Below, in pieces: positions 52,901 to 62,213 of a DNA stretch of 64,000 nt. This stretch comes from Mytilus trossulus (taxonomy: Eukaryota): contig NC_086379.1 in the NCBI RefSeq assembly GCF_036588685.1, positions 12,214,001 through 12,278,000 on the forward strand, given 5' to 3'. The notes under the pieces were generated by a model that worked only from the letters and a program-made list of their open reading frames with translations, was not told the DNA's origin and ran no database searches. A program made the position numbers and the translations under genes. The number at the start of each line of letters is the position of its first letter. The stretch's first letter is position 1.

Positions 52901-55900
52901 AATGTTAACGGAATTGGTTCTAGATATATTACCAATTCCCATGATATTATCATTTAGACCGAGAGGGTAAACTGTCTGTAATTTTTTAATCCAATTTAAT
53001 TCAATTATTTTCCGTGATCGTACAAACTTTGAATGCGATTCACCAGGCTGCTTATTTACTACTTCTAAAGGTTGAACTGCTAAATATTTAAAAGGATGGT
53101 TGTGCTTCTTAAGGTGTTGGTAAATGATACTTTTGAATTTATTAGGTCTTTTAAAACGATACAGATGTTCTTGAGTGCGTTTTGATAAATATCTTCCAGT
53201 TTCTCCTACGTACTGAATACCACATCCCGGTTTGTTTCATGTGAGTAAATAAATAATACTGTTTGTTTTTCAAGTAATATCAGTTTCAAAATTTAAAGAA
53301 AATGTGCGACCATTAAACGTGGACCTTACCGTATTGTTGGTGGAAAGACGGGGACATGTAAGTCATTTTTTGGCATGACACTTATCGATAGAAGGGTAAC
53401 CACGATTTTTATTGTTAAAAATGTTAGCGATGGTAGTATTTTTAGATAACCGATTTTGAAAATTGAGACGTGTAGATACCCTTTGAACAAGTTTAGTATT
53501 TAGTATTTTTCCGTTTCTTAGTTTCATAATTGTTTTGTTGGTGAATTACATAATAAAGGAGCAAAGATTGGCGTCCAGAATATGAACCAGCATACAATAA
53601 TTAAGTTAAGTAAAAGTGATAAATTTGTTCGGCTGAAAATGTCGAACGCTATCAGCATTAATTACTAGTACCCGAAAAAGATAGTGTATATCAGGGTATG
53701 AAAGATAGTGTATATCAGGGTATGACTGATGGCTGACCAATTAGTAGAATGGGGCTGAATATTGAAATACTACTTTTTGATAAACATTCCTAAAGTAATG
53801 AACTAGAGCAGTTCTCGCCCGGACACACACTCCATAATCTAGTATATTATAAGAGCATAAACCTGAAGCACGGGGAGGCACTCTACTGCCTCCAAACGGC
53901 ACTAAAGACAAACTCTGTAAAAAATAAAATTGAGAATGGAAATGGGGAATGTGTCAAAGAGACAACAACCCGACCAAAATAAAAAAACACAACAGCAGAA
54001 GGTCACCAACAGGTCTTCAATGTAGCGAGAAATTCCCGCACCCGAAGGCGTTCTTCAGCTGGCCCCTAAACAAATATATACTAGTTCAGTGATAATGAAC
54101 GCCATACTAATTTCCAAATTGTACACAAGAAACTAAAATTTAAATAATACAAGACTAACAAAGGCCAGAGGCTCCTGACTTGGGACAGGCGCAAAAATGC
54201 GGCGGGGTTAAACATGTTTGTGAGATCTCAACCCTCCCCCTATACCTCTAACCAGTGTAGAAAAGTAAAAGCATAACAATACGCACATTAAAATTCAGTT
54301 CAAGAGAAGTCCGAGTCTGATGTCAGAAGATGTAACCAAAGAAAATGTCTTCTAAATATTTGATGTATCAAAAAGAGTACGCTTATTTATAATAACTTCG
54401 TAAAGTTAAGATACTCAGGACATTCTTGGATTATCTCCGTTTTATTTTAGATTACCGTATCTGGTTATTAATGCGGCTAGATTGTTTTCTCTTTTATCTA
54501 TACCTTCATTTATTTTATCACTATTGCTTATATTACGACTGACCTCTAGATCAATTCCAGGCGCTGCTTTCCCCATAGAACCTGGTCTTATTTCAACACA
54601 TGGATATGTCCCACATAAAAACGTCTGAAAGAAAAAAAAACAATTTAGACCAATAAAATTAAACCTAAAACAATCTTTTGGAAGTATAGGACGAACTGTA
54701 TATGAGTGTCTCATTGTCTTTACATTGTAAAACCTTTATGATGTTGATTCTAAATAAAACTTGCTGATTATATCAACACAATATCAATAACCATATACGA
54801 TGTTTGGAGTGAAAACTATGAAACATGTGTTTTGCGAAATATATTCTAGAGCTTAATAATACCTTAGCACAAAGTAATGAAAATGAATTCAAACTGTTGC
54901 AAATCTCTCATCAATGATTATTTTGGCTTTTCAATTTATTTAAATGTTTTTTGGATCGTCCTATTTTCTTCAAAAGCCAAAAAAATAATCATTTTCTCCT
55001 ATGTTCTATTTTAGCCATAGTAGCTATGTTTCTTGACATACAAGGAAATAAAATATAAAATTTATACTAAATACTCTGAAACTCATTTAGCCTAAGTTTG
55101 GCTGAAATTGATACAGCAGTTTCAAAGGAGAAGATTTTTTAAAGTAAGTCAACATGATGAACAAATTGCGAAAAAAGTCTATAAAGGGCAATAACTCCTT
55201 AAGGGGTCAATTGACAATTTTGGTCAAATTGACTTAATTGAAGATCTTACTTTGCTGAACATCATTGCTGTTTACAGTTTATTTCTATCTATAATAATTA
55301 TATTCAAGATTATAAACAAAAACAGCAAAATTTCCTTAAAATTATCAATTCAGGGGCAGCAACCCAACAACAGGTTGTCTGATTCATCTGAAAATTTCAG
55401 GGCAGATACATTGTAGATCTTGACCTGATAAACAATATAACCCCAGGTCAGATTTGCTCTAAATGCTTTGGTTTTTGAGTTATAAGCCAAAAACTGCATT
55501 TGACCCCTATGTTCTATTTTTAGCAATGGCGACCATGTTTGTTGATAGATCATAACTTCGGATACAATTTACAAACTAGATACCCTAAGGAACATTCAGT
55601 TAAAGTTTGGAAGTATTTGGCCCAGTAGTTTCAGAGGAGAAGAATTTTGTAAAAGATTTTCAAGATTTACGAAAAATGGTTAAAAATTGACTATAAAGGG
55701 CAAACACTCCTAAAGGGGTCAACTGACCATTTCCGTCATTTGACTTATTTGTAAATCTTACTTTGCTGAACATTATTGCTGTTTCCAGTTTATCTCTATC
55801 TATAATAATTTTCAAGATAATAACCAAAAACAGCAAAATTTCCTTAAAATTATCAATTCAGGGGCAGCAACCCAACAACAGGTTGTCTGATTCATCTGAA

Positions 55901-58900
55901 AATGTCAGGGCAGATAGATCTTGACCTGATAAACAATATAGCCCCAGGTCAGATTTGCTCTAAATGCTTTGGATTTTGAGTTATAAGCCAAAAACTGCAT
56001 TTGACCCCTATGTTCTATTTTTAGCAATGGCGACCATGTTTGTTGATAGATCATAACTTCGGATACAATTTACAAACTAGATACCCTAAGGAACATTCAG
56101 TTAAAGTTTGAAAGTATTTTACGTAGTAGTTTCAGAGGAGAAGATTTTTGTAAAAGATTACTAAGATTTACGAAAAATGGTTAAAAACTGACTATAAAGG
56201 GCAATAACTCCTAAAGGGGTCAACTGACCATGTCCGACATGTTGCCTTATTTGTAAATCTTACTTTGCTGAACATTATTCCTGTTTACAGTTTATCTCTA
56301 TCTATAGTAATATTCAAGATAATAACCAAAAACAGCAAAATTTCCTTAAAATTACCAATTCAGGGGCAGCAACCCAACAACGGGTTGTCTGATTCATCTG
56401 AATTTCAGGGCAGATAGATCTTGACCTGATCAACAATATTACTCCAGTCAGATTTGCTCTAAATGCTTTGGTTTTTGAGTTATAAGCCAAAAACTGCATT
56501 TGACCCCTATGTTCTATTTTTAGCAATGGCGACCATGTTTGTTGATAGATCAAAACTTCGGATACAATTTATAAATTAGATACCCTAAGGAACATTCAGT
56601 TAAAGTTTGAAAGTATTTGGCCCAGTAGTTTCAGAGGAGAAGATTCTTGAAATAGTTTACGACGACAGACGACGACAAACGACGGACGACGGACGACAGA
56701 CGACAGACGACAGACGACGGACGACGACGGACGCCAAGTGATAGCATAAGCTCACTTGTCCCTTCGGGACAGGTGAGCTAAAAAAGCTAATGTAATTTAT
56801 AATGAAAAATCTTACTGTTTCGGTTTGTCCGTAACCTTCATATAAATTCAAACCTGTACCATCATGCCATTCTTTAAGCAGTTCTGGGTTCTACAAAATG
56901 CATTTAAAACATCAATAGTTGCTTTCAATAAACAATATTTCTTTTTAAAAATTAACATTTCTGAACATTGTTGTAATCATTTGATGAGTTAAGCATTTCT
57001 TGACTGATTTTTATAGTTCTCCCTTTTGTTGTACTAGTACACCAAGGCGGGTTTAATCAGTCACATTCTCTAATTGTATGCCTGTCCCAAGTCAGGAGCC
57101 TATAATCCAGTGGTTGTCGTTTGTAGCTGTGTTACATTTTTGTGTTTCGTTCATTTTATTGTGCATATTTATGCCCTTAGTTTTCTCGTTTAAATTGTGT
57201 TACATTTGTCATATCAATGCATTTTAAAGCTGACTATGATATATGGGCTTTGATAATTGTTAAAGGCCGTGTACTGTGATCTACATTTTATGTCTGTGCC
57301 TTGTGAAGAGTTATCTTATTGGCAATCATACAACATCTTTTTTTTTTTGTATTTCATACATATCATATTTAAAGAAAAGGGATGTACGTATCAAACAATC
57401 TTTTTTAGTCGATTATACAAAATTTAAAAGTGTTCACAAGTGAAAAACCACCGTATCACGGATATGTTATATTTCTTCACGACTTGATGTATAATTTCTT
57501 AAATCTACGTCAGGTGGTCTCTGTGTTGTATTTGTTTCATTGACAATCATAACACGTTATCTTATTTTTATATTTTGATTATGCGCTTATTATTTATACA
57601 TTCCCTTTTTAAATTTGGTAAATTTTACGTACGCCATCACGAATTTTACTATCCGGGTTCGTAATAACACGTTTTCTATGTTATGTCTTGTGTACTTTTA
57701 TTTGTCTGTTTGTCTTTTTTTCATTTTTAGCCAGTTTCCATCTTTGAGTTTGAATGCCCCTCTAGTATCTTTCGCCCCTCTTTTATTGATAAGCATATTT
57801 TTTTTTAACTTACAACAGGTTCTCCAGCACCGATACAAAGTAACTTTTTCGATAAACTGTATCTGTGGAGTGGCTGTTTTACTAAATGTCTATACACAGT
57901 TGGTGGTGCACAAAAATTAGTAAGAGGGTACTTATCTAAAATCTGGAAAGGAAAATATAACCTATGTAATCACAGAACACACAATATTTTCCACATTTGA
58001 AGTATAAAAAAAAACAGATTATCTTAAATTTGACATTAATACAACATTTCCTTATTCGTATATCAATGGAAAGACGAATTCGGAAACAAGGAAGAAAATG
58101 GAAACTAGAAATTGCAATGAAATTTTTAAAAATAATAAACATGTAATAAGAGAATTTTAAAACAAAATAAACTATTCAGATATAGGGGAATATTTGTTCA
58201 CGTTCTCCCTGTCATATCTGATAAAGATTTAAATTGATGCATAATCGCTATACAGCAGACCCATATGGAAATGCTATATGTTTAATATTCGATCTTTATA
58301 TCACACCACCATCTAATTTTCTATTTCAAATCATGTACCTGTAGTGTTCTTTCTGGGTCAAACTTATCAGAGTTGTGAATAAAAATACAGGCTCCTCTGA
58401 TCCATGGTGCAAACAGACTAGTCCAAGCGGCTTTAGCCCACCCAGTATCAGACATATTCCACATCATACCATTATGGTCTATATTTAACATGTACCTTAG
58501 TAAAAACAACATTCCAGATAATTGTATGTAACATTTCAGTTTATCAAAATACATTTACACTGATAAAAAAAAAAGCTGAGTATTTAAAATTTCTGACTTT
58601 TCAAGTTTTCAAAGTTAATCTAATATCGCTAGAATGCATTTTATGTTTCTGATAGTTAACACAAACATGATGTGTATAACACATTTTGTTTTAAGATTAC
58701 CCGTGTCTTAACTATTCTAATTGTTTTAGATCTCATTTTTGAATTTCTGCGTGTTTAGTTTCATTTGCTCTTTAGATCTGATCGCTGGTGAAAGGGGAAA
58801 ATTTAGATCACATTACTTTGAAAACAAACCATCTAGTGCTAATCCTAGCATGGATTTAAAATTTTTACAGTTTGATACAATATGTTATTCAAAAATTAGA

Positions 58901-60943
58901 CAATCAATTATCTGGATAGACTTTAACCTCTCATTTGATCATATCATACAATGTAATTCTATAATATTTATCCAGGGTACCGTACCAGGCTTATACTGTA
59001 ATACGCCAGACGAGTTTCGTCTACATAAGATTCATCTGTGACGCTCAGAATAAAATATTTAAAAGGCCAAAACAAGTGCAATGTTGAATAGCATCGATGA
59101 CCCAAAATTTCAAAAACTTGTGCCAAATACAGCTTAGGTTTTTAATGTCTGGGATTAGAAAATCCTTAGATTTGCGAATAATGCATACTACTAGCATATA
59201 AAATACGATATTATAATTAACCTTGCTGTTATAGAATGTCCATATCCATAACTACCATGAGTATGCAATGCCATTTTAGGAGCACCCGTAGTACCACTAG
59301 TGAAAAACAATGTCATTGGGTCACTAGCTTTGGATTTTATCGTCTGAAATTCACAAAAATAAATGTTTCAAAAATAAGGGGAAAAAAAAAAAGAAATTTA
59401 CAAAAAAGAAAAAGTACAGAAAATATACACCAAAACATGCAAAATAAAAGATTTTTTTCATTACAAGGTTGACAGGATAAGCTTTTTTAGGTATACAGAT
59501 ATATGTAAAAGGTAATTTTGCTAGATAATAATAGTGACATTTTGCAATTGGGATGTACGTCAAAGACAACCTTATCAACAAACAAAAGATCATTTCTAGA
59601 AATAAATGCACAGCCTTACGTGTGAAAATGTGTAACCTAAAGGATGATCATATGATTGTAAAGACTACATGATCTCGATTTTATGAGATCAGCTTTATAG
59701 TGCGTCAGTACTAAAGAGGGACGAAAGATACCCAAGGGACAGTCAAACTCATAAATCTAAAATAAACTGGCTACGCCATGGCTAAAAATGAAAAGGATAA
59801 ACAAACAAACAATAGTACACATGACACAACATAAAGAATAAACAACACGAACCCAACCAAAAATAAACTGACAACGCCATGGCTACGTTTTCAATATTAT
59901 CAAGCAAAATTGATGGTAGCTGATCATATTTATTATTTATTTATTTGTATTCTCTTTAAGGAGTGTCTTGTTGTTCATATTAGATAATTTGGGCTAATAG
60001 ATTACGCTTTAGTCTCAGTAAATTAGATCTTTATAAATCTTTAAAGAGATTTGGAAGTATTGAACACTGATTTATTATTAAAAGAATGCAAACACAACAA
60101 AAACGATATTTAAGACATTAACCTAAGATGTTATATATCCGTAATATAACTGTAAACATATCGTTTAATGGTTTACAAAGGTTGTTGACTGTAAGTAAGG
60201 TCCAGAGACAAATATTTGAAGCATACATCAATTCACGCAGATTGACCTTCATAAAATTGAGAAAATTTATAAACATCCAGTGGCATATATTTGTTTTAGA
60301 TTATTACTAATTTCGACACGATGAAAGCAGGAATCAACCAAATGAAGAGATTGTTTTTTGATTTTTTTTCATTATTTACGTCTCGAAAGAGATGGAGCCC
60401 GACTGTGGATCAACTTCTGAGACCGAAGTTAAAGCACTAGTGTAAGCTCCTCCCAGTATCTGCTTTTTTCAACGAGATATGGTCAACGGCGGGATTGGAG
60501 AGTGCGATAACTAAAAATCATTTAGTTAACGCACTCCTCTAAATATAATCGAAGCTATCTCTCTTAGAGATCAAAAAAAAAATTACCATTTATGTTACAT
60601 CTCATATAATAAAACTTTGAATTGAAAGAGAAAAAATTAAAACATAGTCTCCATGAGTGATAAAACTAATAATGCAAGATCTGTCCGTATTGATTTTCAT
60701 TAATTTTTAACAAGACAGCAGGAAGTTTTCTCTGCCCTCCCAAAGAACTAGTTACATCATTCAAACGTTTGTACAAGATACCAGTTAGGTTTACAACAAT
60801 TACAATATAATAACTAATTTTGTAGTTTTAAAACAAAAGACACAAAAAAAATTCAAAAAAAATCTTTTACAAAAAACATTGGATATACCTCAAATTCGAC
60901 TGGAGCTTCATCCATCAAACTCCCAAAATGTGCCCATCCTGGC
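43955..60943 (-). CDS. Medium-chain acyl-CoA synthetase (ACSM3/ACSM4-like), 3' portion; 5' exons are beyond the window
   Basis: Exons 60943-60889, 59343-59222 ([12 protein letters not shown]-loop), 58495-58339 ([10 protein letters not shown]), 57942-57814 ([14 protein letters not shown]), 56890-56816 (YEGYGQTET), 54624-54544 (RPGSMGK), 49296-49195, 47943-47816 (TGDRG, GRDDD), 47448-47349 ([12 protein letters not shown]), 46891-46772 (APYKYPRK), 44065-43955 ([14 protein letters not shown]). All phases are consistent. Confidence 0.93.
45018..46206. repeat. 54-bp minisatellite, ~22 copies, in the last ACSM intron
   Basis: Unit GTGTGTAACTTGATTTGTTTGTTCTTACGTAGTGTCTGCGATTCCCTCGATTTT. It produces the spurious 18-aa-repeat ORF 45072-46220. 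Confidence 0.95.
46375..46675 (+). ncRNA. Retrozyme-like repeat with intact hammerhead core (46593-46636)
   Basis: GCGTCA-CTGATGA-GTCC TTTGT GGAC-GAAA-CGCGCG-TC. Predicted cleavage after C46630. Confidence 0.8.
49876..50299 (-). repeat. 3' terminal repeat (pLTR) of the Naiad element
   Basis: Matches 53922-54346 except, by eye, one substitution (GGCGCC/GGCCCC) and one 1-nt indel (TTTCAAA/TTTCCAAA). Confidence 0.92.
50402..50468 (-). promoter_or_regulatory. SECIS element (eukaryotic type II)
   Basis: RNA reads UCAUAU-AUGUU-AUGA-UGGUAUGAUACU-AAA-CCCCUUACGGG-A-AGGAUUGUGCC-UGAU-GUUC-AUAUGA: helix I, AUGA/UGA quartet, 11-pair helix II with one mismatch, AAA bulge and apical mini-stem. It begins ~50 nt after the TAA stop. 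Confidence 0.9.
50519..53527 (-). CDS. Naiad GIY-YIG endonuclease / reverse transcriptase, 1002 aa, predicted selenoprotein (Sec at codons 55, 86, 97, 522)
   Basis: ATG 53527 to TAA 50519 is one frame, interrupted only by TGA at 53365-53363, 53272-53270, 53239-53237 and 51964-51962. GIY-YIG motifs IIYLLT..IQYVGET..R..EH..E..WIKKL..P.GLN. RT motifs [36 protein letters not shown]. Joins ORF-track entries 51962-52942 and 50519-51826. Confidence 0.92.
53677..53724. repeat. Perfect 24-bp tandem duplication in the Naiad 5' region
   Basis: AAAGATAGTGTATATCAGGGTATG x2. Confidence 0.9.
53922..54346 (-). repeat. Upstream pseudo-LTR (5'-truncated tandem copy of the element's 3' end)
   Basis: Direct repeat of 49876-50299. 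Confidence 0.92.
54950..56784. mobile_element. Helentron/HINE-like non-autonomous element carrying ~3.3 copies of a ~500-bp tandem repeat
   Basis: TGACCCCTATGTTCTATT at 55501, 56002 and 56501 (partial copy ~54997). GACGACA/GACG microsatellite at 56660-56733. Terminal hairpin AGCTCACTTGTCCC-TTC-GGGACAGGTGAGCT at 56749-56779, followed by an A-run. Left boundary is approximate. Confidence 0.7.
58975..59180 (-). repeat. Decayed retrozyme-like repeat
   Basis: Minus strand GCGTCA-CAGATGA-ATCTTATGTAGAC-GAAA-CTCG-TC-TGGCGT. Confidence 0.6.
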
Positions 60944-61129
60944 CTGAAATAAAGTTATGTTAACCATATGATTATTTAAGACTTAAAAACATTTCTAACT
61001 TTTAAAGATTCGCTGTTAATGTTGTCAGTTCAAAGAGCACAGTTTATTCTTTAAGCATGAACTAAATTTAGAAGATCAAAGAACGTTTAATTTAAAATTT
61101 GTTGTATTAGGAATATTGTATCTCTCGTC

Positions 61130-62212
61130 ATCATAGGTACAAGTACATGTATTATGAATAACATTTCACCAATATAATAGGTACATGATTGTACAGGTAT
61201 CATGAATACCATTTCACCAATATAATAGATAAATGTACATGTATCATGAATTACATTTCATCAATATAAGAGATACATTTATATGTATCATGAATTATAT
61301 TTCATCAATATAATAGGTACATGATTTTACAGGTATTATGCATACCATTTCACCGATATAATAGGTACGTGTACATGCATCATGAATAAACTTCCACCGG
61401 TAAAAAAGGTACATGAAGTGGTATCATGAATACCATTTCATCGATATAATAGGTACATGTACATGCATCATGAATAAACTTCCACCGGTAAAATAGGTAT
61501 ATGAAGTGGTATCATGAATACCATTTCACCGATATAATAGGTACATGTACATGCATCATGAATAAACTTCCACCGGTAAAATAGGTACATGAAGTGGTAT
61601 CGTGAATACCATTTCACCGATATAATAGGTACATGTACATGCATCATGAATAAACTTCCACCGATAAAATAGGTACATTAAGTGGTATCACGAATACCAT
61701 TTCACCGATATAATAGGTACATGAACATGTATCATGAATACTATTTTACCGATATAATAGGAAGATATAGGAAGATGTGGTGTGAGTGCCAATGAGACAA
61801 CTCTCCATCAAAATAACAATATATAAAAGTAAACCATTATAGGTCAGTGTACGACCTTCAACGCGAAGCCTTGGCTTACATGGACATGTATGAAGAATTC
61901 CATTTCACCAATATACATTGTAATAGGTAAGTGTACATGTATCATAAGTTATATTTCACCAATATAATAGGTACATGTGCATGTATATATCATGAATACC
62001 ATTTCACCAATATAAGGGGTACATGTGCATGTATCATGCATACCATTTCACAAATACAATAAGTATATTTAAATGTATCATGAATTACATTTCACTAATA
62101 TAATAGGTACTAAGTACATGTAAATGTATTCTGAATATCAGTTCACAATAATGTAATAGGTACATGTACATATACTAGTATTATGAATTATATTTCACCA
62201 ATATAATAGGTA
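61130..62212. repeat. 44-bp minisatellite with an internal 88-bp higher-order block, interrupted by a repeat fragment (61768-61878)
   Basis: Monomer AATAGGTACATGTACATGTATCATGAATACCATTTCACCAATAT. The variant AAACTTCCACCG recurs every 88 bp (its first C at 61391, 61479, 61567, 61655). Confidence 0.9.
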
Positions 62213-62213
62213 T

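Larger units (their letters stand above)
49876..54346 (-). mobile_element. Full-length Penelope-like retroelement, Naiad type (N-terminal GIY-YIG, C-terminal RT), with pseudo-LTR
   Basis: One long ORF with endonuclease-before-RT order, a SECIS in the 3' UTR, and a ~424-bp direct repeat at both ends. No gag, integrase or TG..CA termini. Confidence 0.95.

Noticed and set aside
50519-53527. Reading the Penelope ORF as a stop-riddled pseudogene or as two separate ORFs
   Set aside because: All interruptions are in-frame TGA at Cys-like positions, there is no frameshift, a SECIS follows, and the terminal repeats are nearly identical.
49876-54346. LTR retrotransposon interpretation of the direct repeats
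   Set aside because: No TG..CA ends, PBS, gag, protease or integrase; the RT and GIY-YIG are Penelope-type.
61130-62212. CRISPR-like appearance of regularly spaced repeats (also 45018-46206)
   Set aside because: Units are head-to-tail without unique spacers, there are no cas genes, and the context is eukaryotic.
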